Source: a virus (Duplodnaviria; Caudoviricetes). From it: a stretch of 64,000 bases of DNA. The notes under the pieces were generated by a model. That model worked only from the letters and a program-made list of their open reading frames with translations, did not search any database and was not told the origin of the DNA. The number at the start of each line of letters is the position of its first letter. The first letter of the stretch is position 1. The DNA lies in IMG/VR virus record IMGVR_UViG_2687453538_000001, positions 29,444 to 93,443 of that record; one strand, given 5' to 3'. Both the position numbers and the translations under genes were made by a program. This document shows positions 54,428 to 64,000 of the stretch, in pieces.

Positions 54428-54579
54428 GCGCCTACGACCGTTGGCTCGACCCGCCCGACCTGGACGACGAGCCAGAACCCATGGAAGACGATGCCGAGCC
54501 GGACGACGTGCTGTTCGAGGCCGGCGATTGGCGCTCCGATGAGCGCGACATTCTCTTGGAGCGCCGTTATGCCCAGTAA
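54424..54579 (+). CDS. Small acidic protein
   Basis: ATGA overlap, MSAYDRWLDPPD. Confidence 0.55.
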   Translation: MSAYDRWLDPPDLDDEPEPMEDDAEPDDVLFEAGDWRSDERDILLERRYAQ

Positions 54580-54721
54580 ATGCGCGGCGGTGATCGCCGC
54601 CACCCTCCCCGACCTGATCAAGGCCCTGCGTTCGCAGGGTCTTTTGTTTCCAGCTTCCGAGCCCGGCCTGCTGCACCGCATCGAGGTGCGCAAGAACATG
54701 CTCGTTGTGAGGTTTCCATGA
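54569..54721 (+). CDS. Small hypothetical protein
   Basis: GGAG RBS; overlaps neighbours. Confidence 0.5.
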   Translation: MPSKCAAVIAATLPDLIKALRSQGLLFPASEPGLLHRIEVRKNMLVVRFP

Positions 54722-54969
54722 GCGGCTGGCGATCAATCGAAACCGCTCCGCGCGACGGCACAGAAATCATCTTGCGCAAAGGCGACCGTGTGACAGCCGG
54801 TGCCTGGATTGAGTGGGTCAAGTCCGAGTCGCATTTCCACGGCACCACGGGCGTTTACCTCGGGGAAACCGAGATCGACTCGGGCGGCAATTGGCATTCG
54901 TGGGATGGCGGCTTCTGCGATGACGACGAGCCGACGCACTGGCAACCGCTTCCGGCGCCGCCTCAATGA
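54718..54969 (+). CDS. DUF551-like protein
   Basis: WRSIETAPRDGT...PTHWQPLPAPP. Confidence 0.75.
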   Translation: MSGWRSIETAPRDGTEIILRKGDRVTAGAWIEWVKSESHFHGTTGVYLGETEIDSGGNWHSWDGGFCDDDEPTHWQPLPAPPQ

Positions 54970-55093
54970 CCGCCGCCCAACGTCGACGCCGCCACATGAT
55001 CTGGCGCGGCGCCCCTCAATCCCTCCTTGGCTGGGCCGGCTGGCTGACGCTGGTTGCCCTGGCTGATCTCATTACCCGAACAGGACCAACACA

Positions 55094-55855
55094 ATGAGCG
55101 ATCTTGCGATCAAGCCCACGTTCAGCCTTGCCCCACAGAACATCGATGAAGCCCTCAAGTTCGCGGACTTCCTCGCAGCCTCCGACATTGTCCCCAAGGA
55201 CTTCCAGCGCAAGCCAGCCAACATCCTGGTTGCCGTGCAGTGGGGCATGGAGTTGGGCCTGCAGCCAATGCAAGCCATGCAGAGCATCGCCGTCATCAAC
55301 GGGCGGCCAGCGCTGTGGGGTGATGCAGTAATCGCCCTGGTGCGCAGCTCGCCCCTTTGTGAGTACGTCGTCGAGACGGACGACGGCGAGACCGCTACCT
55401 GCCGCGTTAAGCGCCGTGGTGAGGAAGAGCAGGTGCGCACGTTCAGCATGACCGACGCGAAAGCGGCCGGCCTGGCTGGTAAGCAAGGGCCCTGGAGCCA
55501 GTACCCCAAGCGGATGCGCCAGATGCGCGCCCGAGCGTTCGCCCTGCGCGACCTGTTCCCCGACGTGCTGCGCGGCATGGCTGTCGCCGAGGAAGTCCAG
55601 GACATTCCCACCGAGCGCGAGCTGAACCAGGCCCACGTGCGCAGAGCGGAAGAACCGAAGCAGTTGCCCCCCTACCCCGACAGCAAGCTGGACGAGAACG
55701 CCGAGAAGTGGCGATCGATGATCGGCCTCGGACGCACCAGCCCTGAACACCTGCTGGCCAACCTGACCAGCAAGTACACCGTCACCCCTGAGCAGGTCGA
55801 GCGCATCAATGCCTTGGCCCCTATTGATGGAGAGTCCGCCGATGCAAGTGCATAA
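55094..55855 (+). CDS. RecT-like single-strand annealing protein
   Basis: GMELGLQPMQAMQSIAVINGRP...W..YPKRM...RARAFALRD.FPD. Confidence 0.85.
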   Translation: MSDLAIKPTFSLAPQNIDEALKFADFLAASDIVPKDFQRKPANILVAVQWGMELGLQPMQAMQSIAVINGRPALWGDAVIALVRSSPLCEYVVETDDGETATCRVKRRGEEEQVRTFSMTDAKAAGLAGKQGPWSQYPKRMRQMRARAFALRDLFPDVLRGMAVAEEVQDIPTERELNQAHVRRAEEPKQLPPYPDSKLDENAEKWRSMIGLGRTSPEHLLANLTSKYTVTPEQVERINALAPIDGESADASA

Positions 55856-57488
55856 CGTCCAACAGGGAACGCCCGAGTGGCACGCCCTGCGCGCCAGCTA
55901 CTTCACCGCTTCGGAGGCGCCCGCGATGATGGGCGCCTCGAAGTACCAGACCCGCAACGACCTGCTGGCCATGAAGAAGACCGGCATCGTGCCGGAGGTT
56001 ACCCCGCAGCAGCAGGCGGTGTTCGACCGTGGCCACGCCACCGAAGAGCTGGCCCGCCCCCTGGTCGAGGAAATGCTCGGCGAAGAGCTGTACCCAATCG
56101 TCGGCACCAGCGGCAACCTGCTGGCCTCGATGGACGGGGCCACGATGCTCGGCGACACGCTGTTCGAGCACAAGCTGTGGAACCAGAAAGTTGTGGCGAT
56201 GATTCGAGCTGGTGATCTTGATCCGCACTACTACTGGCAGCTCGAGCAGCAGCTGCTGGTCAGTGGCGCCGAGCGAGTGATCTTCGTGTGCTCGGACGGC
56301 ACCAGCGACAACTTCGAACACCTGGAGTACCGGCCAGTCGCCGGTCGTCGCGAGCAACTGATCGCAGGCTGGGCCCAGTTCGAGGAAGACTTGGGCAACT
56401 TCGAGGTAAAGGAAGCCAAGGTCGAAACCATTGGCTCGGCCCCTGATCAATTGCCGGCACTGCGCATCGACGTTACCGGCATGGTCACCGCAAGCAACCT
56501 GGACGCGTTCAAGGCCCATGCCCTGGGCGTGATTGCCAACATCAATACCGAGCTGTCGACCGACAAAGACTTCGCCGACGCCGATGCCACCGTGAAGTGG
56601 TGCGGCGAGGTCGAGGACAAGCTCAAGGCCGCGAAAGAGCACGCACTCAGCCAGACCGAGAGCATCGACGTGCTGTTCAAGGCGATCGACGATATCGCCG
56701 CCGAGACGCGCCGCAAGCGACTGGAGCTGGAAAAGCTGGTCAAGGCCCGCAAGGAAAACATCCGCACCGAGATCGTGATGGATGCGGCCAAGGCGCTGCA
56801 GGTCCACATCGACCAGATCGACGCCACGCTGGGTGGCCGCATCCGCATGCCGAAGGTGCTGGCCAACTTCGCCGAAGCCATCAAGGGCAAGAAGCAGGTC
56901 AGCAGCCTCAAGGAAGCCGCCGAGGCGGAGCTGGCCCGGGCGAAGATCGAAGCCAGCCGCATCGGTGACCTGATCCGCCTGAACATTGCCAGCCTCAACG
57001 AGTTGGCCCGCCAACACGGCTTCTTGTTCCAGGACGCCCAAGAGCTGGTGATGAAGGCCAACGACGATCTGGTGCCGCTGATCAAGATGCGGATCAACGA
57101 CTACGAGCAGGCCGAGCAGCAGAAGCGCGACGACCAGGCACGCCAGCAAGAGGAAGAGCAGGCCCGCCAGGCTCAGCAACAGCCCGTGCAGCAGGTTCAA
57201 GAGCCGGTCCAGCAGCCAGTCAACCAGATCAACAGCCCCGAGCCGGTGGCAGCCGTCACGACCTCTGAGACGAAAGCACCGGCAGACGACGGCCAGCGCA
57301 TCAAGCTGGGCGATATCAGCAACCGCCTGGGCTTCACGCTGACCGCTGACTTCCTGGCTTCGCTGGGCTTCGAGGCGGTTGCACAAGAGCGCTCGGCCAA
57401 GCTGTACCGCGCCAGTGACTTCCTGCGCATCTGCGCCGAGCTGATCAATCACATCGAGGCTGTAGCGAGCCAGCGCAACGCAGCCTGA
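55842..57488 (+). CDS. YqaJ-type exonuclease with long coiled-coil extension
   Basis: QGTPEWHALR...TASEA, ASMDG, FEHK, YYWQ. Confidence 0.87.
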   Translation: MQVHNVQQGTPEWHALRASYFTASEAPAMMGASKYQTRNDLLAMKKTGIVPEVTPQQQAVFDRGHATEELARPLVEEMLGEELYPIVGTSGNLLASMDGATMLGDTLFEHKLWNQKVVAMIRAGDLDPHYYWQLEQQLLVSGAERVIFVCSDGTSDNFEHLEYRPVAGRREQLIAGWAQFEEDLGNFEVKEAKVETIGSAPDQLPALRIDVTGMVTASNLDAFKAHALGVIANINTELSTDKDFADADATVKWCGEVEDKLKAAKEHALSQTESIDVLFKAIDDIAAETRRKRLELEKLVKARKENIRTEIVMDAAKALQVHIDQIDATLGGRIRMPKVLANFAEAIKGKKQVSSLKEAAEAELARAKIEASRIGDLIRLNIASLNELARQHGFLFQDAQELVMKANDDLVPLIKMRINDYEQAEQQKRDDQARQQEEEQARQAQQQPVQQVQEPVQQPVNQINSPEPVAAVTTSETKAPADDGQRIKLGDISNRLGFTLTADFLASLGFEAVAQERSAKLYRASDFLRICAELINHIEAVASQRNAA

Positions 57489-57502
57489 CCGAGGTAACCA
57501 AC

Positions 57503-57703
57503 ATGGCCAGCAGCACCGTGGAAGAACTGTACGACCGAATCGAGGAATTCCAGGCCCTGCTGGCCGCTGCCGAGCTTCACGCCAGCGGCGCCTGGGAAGA
57601 AGAGTTCGTCGAAAACATGCGGGCCGCCTTCAAGCGCCATGGCCCGCGCACCCTTCTGAGCGTTCACCAGCAGAAAAAGCTGGAAGAGATCGCCAAGTAC
57701 TGA
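57503..57703 (+). CDS. Hypothetical protein
   Basis: GAGG RBS. Confidence 0.65.
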   Translation: MASSTVEELYDRIEEFQALLAAAELHASGAWEEEFVENMRAAFKRHGPRTLLSVHQQKKLEEIAKY

Positions 57704-57713
57704 GGAAAACTGC

Positions 57714-58532
57714 ATGAAACTTGAGCACCGCGACATCATTGCACGCGCACAACTGCATGGCTGCCTGCCTTCGGAGATTGCAGGCGAGCTGTTGGAGCAC
57801 GACCTGGTCAACCTGGTGATCGACCAGATCCCGAACTTCCGCGACTGGAGCGAAAACACCCAGCAGCTGACCATCGAGCGCGTGACCCTCGGCGTTAAAG
57901 ACTCGGTGCACGTGGCGATCCGCACCATCGCAGCAAATGGCGTGGTTACCATTCCGGTGGACATCAAACGTGTGCAGGTCGATGCGAAGCACATGACCGT
58001 GACGGCAACCGTTGACGGCAAGGACCCGAAGAAACACGACCTTGTCGACCACGCAGGCCACCTGTGCCTGCTGGTGATGGCTCCGGACAGCTACGACGAA
58101 GGGCTTGATGCGATCGTTCCTGACCGCGACCAGAAAGAGTTCCCGCTGCACTCCAGCGACCTGACCGGCAATTTGTTCAGCGGGAGAATCCATGAGGGAG
58201 CCGAATCCTCTGGTCAGGAACACCCGCTTGGCACCGCCGAAGAACTGGCGCAGCGCACCGGCAATGCTGAAAGCAGCGCACAAGTGCACGAAAGCAAGGA
58301 GTTCGGCGACTACGCCTACGAAGACGCCCGCGTGCTGATCGTCGCCAAGGCCAACGGCAAGCCATTCAAGGCGCACTGGGTGCAGAGCCGACTGGCGATC
58401 GGCACGGATCAGGCGACCACCCTGCTCTTGCGCCTGCTCGATGACCAGGTGATCGCCGTCGACAAGGAAGGCGAGTCGGCGCTGGACCACAGCTACAAGG
58501 TGATCGCCACCCTTGATGAAGTCGTGGTCTGA
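57714..58532 (+). CDS. Hypothetical protein with C-terminal FtsK-gamma-like winged helix
   Basis: YEDAR...VQSRLAIGTDQATTLLLRLLDDQVI. Confidence 0.65.
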   Translation: MKLEHRDIIARAQLHGCLPSEIAGELLEHDLVNLVIDQIPNFRDWSENTQQLTIERVTLGVKDSVHVAIRTIAANGVVTIPVDIKRVQVDAKHMTVTATVDGKDPKKHDLVDHAGHLCLLVMAPDSYDEGLDAIVPDRDQKEFPLHSSDLTGNLFSGRIHEGAESSGQEHPLGTAEELAQRTGNAESSAQVHESKEFGDYAYEDARVLIVAKANGKPFKAHWVQSRLAIGTDQATTLLLRLLDDQVIAVDKEGESALDHSYKVIATLDEVVV

Positions 58533-58598
58533 CACATCCCGATGAACCGCAGGCGCCGCAAGGCGCCTTTTTCATGCCATCGATTCAAGGACGGCAGC

Positions 58599-60401
58599 AT
58601 GCTGATCAAGAAAAAACTGACTCACTTCCACTTCTGCTGCGGCCTGGGCGGTGGCGCCAAGGGTTTCAACAAGGCCAAGCCCATCGTCGGCAACATGCAG
58701 GGGGAATGGGAATGCCTGGGAGGTGTCGACGTTGACCCGGCCGGCCTGGCCGACTTCAAGCGCCTGTCGGGCGTCGACGGCACGTTGATCGATCTGTTCA
58801 CCCGCGACCAGTACACACGCTTTCACGGCAGGGAGCCGGCAGCCGGCTGGACTGAGGCTGGCCCCGACGATATCCGCCGCGCTGCGCAGTACCGGCGCCC
58901 CGACGCCGTATTCATCAGCTCCCCCTGCAAGGGCGCCAGCGGCCTGCTGTCGGAGAAGATGAGCCTGACTCCGAAGTACCAGGCCCTGAACGAGCTCACC
59001 TTGCGCTGCATCTGGCTGATGGGTGAGGCCTGGCGCGATGACCCGGTGCCGCTGCTGGTGTTCGAAAACGTGCCGCGCCTGGCCAGCCGTGGCCGGCACC
59101 TGCTGGACCAGATTGGCGCCCTGCTCAGCCACTTCGGCTACGCGGTTGCCGAAACCACCCACGATTGCGGCGTCATCGGCGGCCTGGCCCAGAGCCGCAA
59201 GCGCTTCTTGCTGGTAGCCCGCCACGTCGAGAAGGTGCCGCCGTTCCTGTACGAGCCGGAGAAGAAGAGTCTGCGCGCCGTGGGCGACATCCTCGGCCGC
59301 ATGCCGCTGGCCGGCGATATTGAACAGGCCGGTCCAATGCACCGTGTGCCCGCCCTGCAATGGAAGACCTGGGTCCGCCTGGCCCTGGTCGAGGCCGGTA
59401 AGGACTGGCGCAGCCTGAATGATCTGGCGATCGAGGATGGCTACCTTCGCGACCTGATCATCGTCCCCGAATTCCGTGATGGGTTCTTGGGCGTGAACGA
59501 TTGGTCAGAGACTGCACGGACCGTGGCAGCACGGAGCGGGCCAACAAATGGCAAGTTCTCGGTCGCCGATCCGCGCGCCAAGGCCGGAGCACTACAGTAT
59601 CAGCAATACGGCGTGCGCCGCTGGCAGGACACAAGCGGCGCGGTGATTGGCGTCAAGAGCCCAGGGCAAGGCACGTTCAGTGTTGCTGACCCTCGCCGCG
59701 GCGGTGAAGGCTTCGGCAAATACCAGGTCACGCCCTTCGGCGGGACAGCAAACACCGTGATTGCTGGCAGCACCACAGGCCAAGGTGCCTTTGCCGTCCA
59801 GGACCCTCGCTATCACAACTGGCATCCAGGCGCGTCGAGCCGAAAGCTCAACGTGGTCGCCATGAACCAGACCGCTGGCACCGTGACCGGGTCGCAGCAG
59901 GTGGCCAGCGGTGCACTGTCGATCGCAGACCCGCGCCCGGGCATGCGCCGCAGCAAGGGTGATGCCTACCTGACTGGCGGCCACTATGGGGTTGTTCCCT
60001 GGAATGGCCAGGCCGGCGCCGTTTCCGCCAGCGCCATGCACGACAACGGGCGCTGGAGCGTTGCCGATCCCCGGCTGCCAGAGGCCAACGACCGACTTAC
60101 CTGCGTGATCGAATCACTCGACGGCACCTGGCACCGCCCATTCACCACGCTGGAGCTGGCTGCGCTGCAAAGCCTGGTCGAGCCGGAAGAACAGTTGGAA
60201 CTCGACGGGCTGAGTGATCAGGCCTGGCGCGAGCGCATTGGTAACGCAGTGCCGCCGGCCGCGGCGGAAGCCATCGCCCATGTTATGGGCACCACCCTGC
60301 TCCTGGCCGCCCAGGGCGAAACCTTCATGCTCAGCAGCATGCCAATCTGGGTTCGCCCGGTTGCGGTGGGCCTGAGCGTTTCTCATCGGGAGAGCGTATG
60401 A
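58599..60401 (+). CDS. DNA cytosine-5 methyltransferase
   Basis: FCCGLGG, SSPC, FENVP, QSRKR, IGNAVPP. Confidence 0.92.
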   Translation: MLIKKKLTHFHFCCGLGGGAKGFNKAKPIVGNMQGEWECLGGVDVDPAGLADFKRLSGVDGTLIDLFTRDQYTRFHGREPAAGWTEAGPDDIRRAAQYRRPDAVFISSPCKGASGLLSEKMSLTPKYQALNELTLRCIWLMGEAWRDDPVPLLVFENVPRLASRGRHLLDQIGALLSHFGYAVAETTHDCGVIGGLAQSRKRFLLVARHVEKVPPFLYEPEKKSLRAVGDILGRMPLAGDIEQAGPMHRVPALQWKTWVRLALVEAGKDWRSLNDLAIEDGYLRDLIIVPEFRDGFLGVNDWSETARTVAARSGPTNGKFSVADPRAKAGALQYQQYGVRRWQDTSGAVIGVKSPGQGTFSVADPRRGGEGFGKYQVTPFGGTANTVIAGSTTGQGAFAVQDPRYHNWHPGASSRKLNVVAMNQTAGTVTGSQQVASGALSIADPRPGMRRSKGDAYLTGGHYGVVPWNGQAGAVSASAMHDNGRWSVADPRLPEANDRLTCVIESLDGTWHRPFTTLELAALQSLVEPEEQLELDGLSDQAWRERIGNAVPPAAAEAIAHVMGTTLLLAAQGETFMLSSMPIWVRPVAVGLSVSHRESV

Positions 60402-60715
60402 ACCCAACCGCCCAGGCGGCCCTTGACCGGGCCCGCCACCCTACCCCTGCGCCTGTGTTTTCCACCATGACGGCGCCGAAGCCCGACAAACCCCTGCCGA
60501 TGCCGGTGCCCACCGGCGTCATCAACCACTTCATGCGTATCCAGGCCCGGGAGGATGCCCGCGACATGGTGGCATCGCTCAAGGCCAAGCTGAACGACAC
60601 CAACGGCGTGGCCCAGGTCATCGAGGTGCTCAAGCGTGCCGCCACCGGAAGGCCCGGGAGCGTGGTGCAGGGCTATCTCGATGTGATCCAGCTGCTGCAG
60701 GCGCACGGGCAATGA
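60398..60715 (+). CDS. Hypothetical protein
   Basis: ATGA overlaps on both sides. Confidence 0.65.
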   Translation: MNPTAQAALDRARHPTPAPVFSTMTAPKPDKPLPMPVPTGVINHFMRIQAREDARDMVASLKAKLNDTNGVAQVIEVLKRAATGRPGSVVQGYLDVIQLLQAHGQ

Positions 60716-60870
60716 CCGCCCTGCGCCGCAAGACCGAGCACCGCGGCCACCCCATGAAGCCCATCGACTGCCGCGTCATCTGCGAGATCTGCGAGAAGCC
60801 GCGCAACCGGGGCAACCACACAAAATGCAGCGCCGAACGCCAGAGGCGGGCGCAGGAGAACGCATCATGA
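60712..60870 (+). CDS. Small Zn-finger protein
   Basis: CEICEKPRNRGNHTKCS. Confidence 0.6.
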   Translation: MTALRRKTEHRGHPMKPIDCRVICEICEKPRNRGNHTKCSAERQRRAQENAS

Positions 60871-61496
60871 GCAACACAGAGATGGTCAGCGCGCCTTTTC
60901 ATCGCGAAGGCCGGTACATCGTTATCAAGCTCAGCGACTTGGCCAAGGTTCCGCCCGCAGTCGGCAGGCCGTTTACCGAGCAGCTGACTGCCATTCAGCG
61001 CCGCCTTCCTGAGCGCGAGTGTCTAGTGATCGAAAGCGACTGGCCAGAATACGGCCCAGCCTGGGCTGCCATCGAAGCGCGGGTTACCGGCGAGCCAGCC
61101 CAACACCATGGCGAGCCGGTGGCGCTGCCTGATCGAAAGCTGCATGTGCATCAAGGCTTATCGCACACGGATGCCAAGGCAGACGGCTGGAATGCCTGCC
61201 TCGACGAAATCGCCAAGCTGGGTCTGCTCTATGCCCACTCCGATCCTGATGAGGTTGAGCGGCTGCGCGCGAGCGAAGACAAGTGGTATCAGGATTCCGT
61301 AAATCTAACCGTCGAGCGTGATGCCCTGCGCGCCCAGCTGGCCGAGCGGGATGCGCTGCTTATTGAGTCGCACGACTTACTGAACAGCGGACACCTGGCC
61401 GCCGCGAGCACATACGCAAGGCAGCGCGCGTACAGCCTTATCGACAAGATCAAGGCTGTCACATCCGCCAACGCAGAGCCAGAGGTCAAGCCATGA
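60867..61496 (+). CDS. Mosaic hypothetical protein
   Basis: RYIVIKLSD...VIESDWPEY, GWNACLDEI. Confidence 0.7.
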   Translation: MSNTEMVSAPFHREGRYIVIKLSDLAKVPPAVGRPFTEQLTAIQRRLPERECLVIESDWPEYGPAWAAIEARVTGEPAQHHGEPVALPDRKLHVHQGLSHTDAKADGWNACLDEIAKLGLLYAHSDPDEVERLRASEDKWYQDSVNLTVERDALRAQLAERDALLIESHDLLNSGHLAAASTYARQRAYSLIDKIKAVTSANAEPEVKP

Positions 61497-62560
61497 GCCA
61501 GAAAATCAAGCCAGGACATGTACTGGTTGAAGTAGTCCAAGGGGTTGAGGGTCCGTCGTTGAGCATCGGCGATAACGATACGGGTGAGCGGGTGGCCGGG
61601 CCGAAGCCTTGGGGCGGCGGGCGCACAATTCACAGCTTCCAGGTTGCTGCGAAGGACCTGGTCCGGCTGGCAAAAGAGTACGCCAGCGCAGAGCCGAGCG
61701 CGCCGGATCTCTTCCAGCAGCGGGTCCAGCCATGGCTGATGGAGTGCTTCGGCGCGATGATTGCTGGCGACCGAGAGGAACGTAACCACCGATTCCTCGA
61801 AGAAGCCCTAGAGCTGGTCCAGTCGCTAGGTTGCAGCGCTGACGAGGCGCATCAGTTGGTCGAGTACGTGTACGGCCGCCCGGTGGGCGATCCTTCCCAG
61901 GAGGTCGGCGGCGTCATGGTCACCCTGGCCGCTCTGTGCCTGGCCAACGACTTGGATATGCACCAGTTGGCCGATACCGAGCTTGCCCGCGTGTGGACGA
62001 AGGTCGATCAGATCCGCGAAAAGCAAAAGAGCAAGCCGCAGGTTGGGCCGCTTCCTGGCGTGTATCCAGGCCGGGAAGCGGCCGCGCCGGTTGAGCGCGA
62101 TGAGCGTCCCGCGTTTGAGTCGTGGTGCGCAGTCATCGGATACACCCTCAAGACTTCCGAGCACGGCAATGGCTTCAAGCCCGGCTATGGCTCGGAACTG
62201 TTCTCAGCCTGGCAAGCCCGCGCCGCCCTGGAGCGCAAGTCGTCCGACGACATTCCCGACTTCACACCCGGCAACGGCAACAAGGCAGAACGCCGGGCCA
62301 CCGCATTGCTTGCTCAACTGCAGTCCGACCTTACGGCGCGGGATGAGCGCATCGACCGGTTCGAGCAGGCGCTGATCAAGATTCACAAGAACCTTGGCGG
62401 GACTCTTGAGCAGTACGGATACCGGGAAGAAGTTGAGGCGCTGCTGTGGCCAGACCTGAACAGCCGTCCGGAAGAGCGCGGCACACCGGAAACCGAACCC
62501 TGCTCCGGCTGCGGCACTCCGGGTTGGAAAGGTGCCTGCAACAAGTGCATCCCCTACTGA
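61493..62560 (+). CDS. Mosaic protein with MazG-like NTP pyrophosphohydrolase segment
   Basis: RFLEEALEL...QEVGGVMVTLAALC. Confidence 0.6.
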   Translation: MSQKIKPGHVLVEVVQGVEGPSLSIGDNDTGERVAGPKPWGGGRTIHSFQVAAKDLVRLAKEYASAEPSAPDLFQQRVQPWLMECFGAMIAGDREERNHRFLEEALELVQSLGCSADEAHQLVEYVYGRPVGDPSQEVGGVMVTLAALCLANDLDMHQLADTELARVWTKVDQIREKQKSKPQVGPLPGVYPGREAAAPVERDERPAFESWCAVIGYTLKTSEHGNGFKPGYGSELFSAWQARAALERKSSDDIPDFTPGNGNKAERRATALLAQLQSDLTARDERIDRFEQALIKIHKNLGGTLEQYGYREEVEALLWPDLNSRPEERGTPETEPCSGCGTPGWKGACNKCIPY

Positions 62561-62570
62561 GGTCACGACC

Positions 62571-62771
62571 ATGAAAGCACGAACCATCCTCGTCTGCCTG
62601 GTCGCCGCCCTGGCCCTGGGCTTCTACATCGGCGCTGTCTCCGGCGCGTTCGCCGTCACCGGGGCCGAGCAGCACATCAACCCGCCGCCAGCCGGCGACC
62701 AGTTCGACGAAGGGCCGGTGCTGGTGCGACTGCCCGGCGCCAGCACAACCGCTACCCGGTTCATCTTTTGA
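62571..62771 (+). CDS. Small membrane or secreted protein
   Basis: GAGG RBS, hydrophobic N-terminus. Confidence 0.55.
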   Translation: MKARTILVCLVAALALGFYIGAVSGAFAVTGAEQHINPPPAGDQFDEGPVLVRLPGASTTATRFIF

Positions 62772-62780
62772 GGGGGTCAC

Positions 62781-63026
62781 ATGGAACAAGAGGTCATCCA
62801 CATCCCCGAGCTGGCGAAGATGCTCGGACGCACCGAGTCATCGATACGCAGCGCACGGCAAGACGATGCCAGTTGGTTGCCGCCGTTCTTCAAGCAAGGC
62901 AAGCGACTGTGCTGGCGAGTCTCCACGGTGCGCAAGTTCCTGGAAGAGTACGAGCAAGGCATGCATGCACCGGCCAAGCCTGGGCGGAAGCGCAACGCGC
63001 CGCCAACACTGGCCAGCGTCCGCTAG
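62781..63026 (+). CDS. Excisionase/AlpA-like HTH protein
   Basis: IPELAKMLGRT...LPP...GKRLCWR; converges on int. Confidence 0.75.
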   Translation: MEQEVIHIPELAKMLGRTESSIRSARQDDASWLPPFFKQGKRLCWRVSTVRKFLEEYEQGMHAPAKPGRKRNAPPTLASVR

Positions 63027-64000
63027 CCGAGCTTGTCGGCCAGTGTGTCAGGGCACAGATGCGTGTAGCGCTTGAGCATGCTCATGGTCTTGTGGCCGGT
63101 AATGCTGGCCACTTCCATGATCGACAGACCCTTCTCGAAAAGCCTGGACGTTCCTTCATGCCGGAGGTCATGGAAGTGCAGGTCTTTCACCATAGCCGCC
63201 TTGCAAGCCCGGTTGAAATACTGGCTCACCGAGTGCGGCGCAAGCGAGAACACCTTGCCATCCAGGCGCGCGGGCAGTCCGTCAAGCAGTGCTCTTGCCC
63301 GCGAGGACAGGGGCACCGTGCGACGGGTGCCGTTCTTGGTGTCTTCAAGCAGCACGTGCTTTGGCTTCACATTCTCGCGACGAAGCCCAAGCAGTTCGCT
63401 ACGGCGCATGGCCGTCTCAACAGCAAGCTGAATGATCGCCGGCATCTCGGCGTGAATCTCCCCCGCCTTCTCGATCACACCGGCCAGTTCGAAACTGAGT
63501 GGCCGGCGATCGCGCTCCTTTGCCCCCTTGGGCATGCGCAGTTTCATCACCGGGTTGCTCAGCCCCTCAATACCCCAGTCCTTGATCGCCACCGTGAACA
63601 GGTGGCTTATGATCGCCAGGTCGAGACGGACCGTGGCCGTGGACTTCCCCGCCTTGAGCTCTTCATCCCTGTATGCAGCAAAGTCACTTGATCGCAATGC
63701 AGCCAACCCCTTGCTGGCAAGCGGGTGTTTCTTCCACTTGTTGATTCGGGTCTGCTCCTGCTTTGCGCCCTTCTTCGACGAACTGATCTCGCGGGCGTAG
63801 CGGTCCAGGGCTTCGGCCATGGTCGTGCGTTCAGCTTCGCGCATGTCGACGAAGCGGGCTCGCGACATATCGCCTTCGATTTCCGCCGCCCAGCGCTGGG
63901 CCTCGGCCTTGGTGTCGAAGGTCGCAGATAGCGATGGGTATCCTTTGCGGCGGATCTTCGCCCGCCATGCGCCGCCTGGGCGCTGCTCATATGTGGCCAT
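63023..64000 (-). CDS. int: Prophage 2 integrase (tyrosine recombinase)
   Basis: TAMRRSE, FHDLRHE, TGHKT...RYTH. Confidence 0.93.
   Translation of the reverse strand: MATYEQRPGGAWRAKIRRKGYPSLSATFDTKAEAQRWAAEIEGDMSRARFVDMREAERTTMAEALDRYAREISSSKKGAKQEQTRINKWKKHPLASKGLAALRSSDFAAYRDEELKAGKSTATVRLDLAIISHLFTVAIKDWGIEGLSNPVMKLRMPKGAKERDRRPLSFELAGVIEKAGEIHAEMPAIIQLAVETAMRRSELLGLRRENVKPKHVLLEDTKNGTRRTVPLSSRARALLDGLPARLDGKVFSLAPHSVSQYFNRACKAAMVKDLHFHDLRHEGTSRLFEKGLSIMEVASITGHKTMSMLKRYTHLCPDTLADKLG

Larger units (their letters stand above)
26519..64000. mobile_element. Prophage 2, temperate podovirus-type, apparently near complete
   Basis: All modules from tailspike to integrase present; no tape measure or sheath gene seen. 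Confidence 0.93.

Noticed and set aside
55821-57452. 543-aa minus-strand ORF
   Set aside because: Shadow of the YqaJ exonuclease gene
1-64000. CRISPR array, IS element, rRNA
   Set aside because: No regularly spaced repeats, transposase or rRNA-like sequence seen

Overview
GC-rich, Pseudomonas-like DNA made almost entirely of two prophages in tandem, joined at a duplicated 3' half of a tRNA-Cys gene (att, 26471-26518). Prophage 1 (1-~26470, partial) is a lambdoid, HK97-head, cos-type phage. It runs capsid, ClpP-type protease, portal, terminase, HNH, a Q-like antiterminator, a second tyrosine recombinase, nin/replication genes, cro/cI, the early-left operon, xis and int. Its AT-richer cargo includes a nucleoid-associated (NA37/YejK-like) + RelA/SpoT synthetase gene pair directly behind cI, a PL7 alginate-lyase-like gene, a putative Abi membrane protein and a TIGR02391/HEPN-like gene. 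Prophage 2 (~26520-64000, apparently near complete) is a temperate podovirus with tailspike, terminase, ejection proteins, tail tube, capsid, portal, lysis cassette, RusA, replication, immunity, RecT/YqaJ, C5-methyltransferase, a MazG-like gene, xis and int. The best leads are the NA37-SAS pair (candidate anti-phage system), a five-copy late-promoter palindrome with a candidate HTH activator, and a tRNA-like kissing-loop RNA in the prophage 2 early leader. All family calls come from motif recognition by eye, not database searches.
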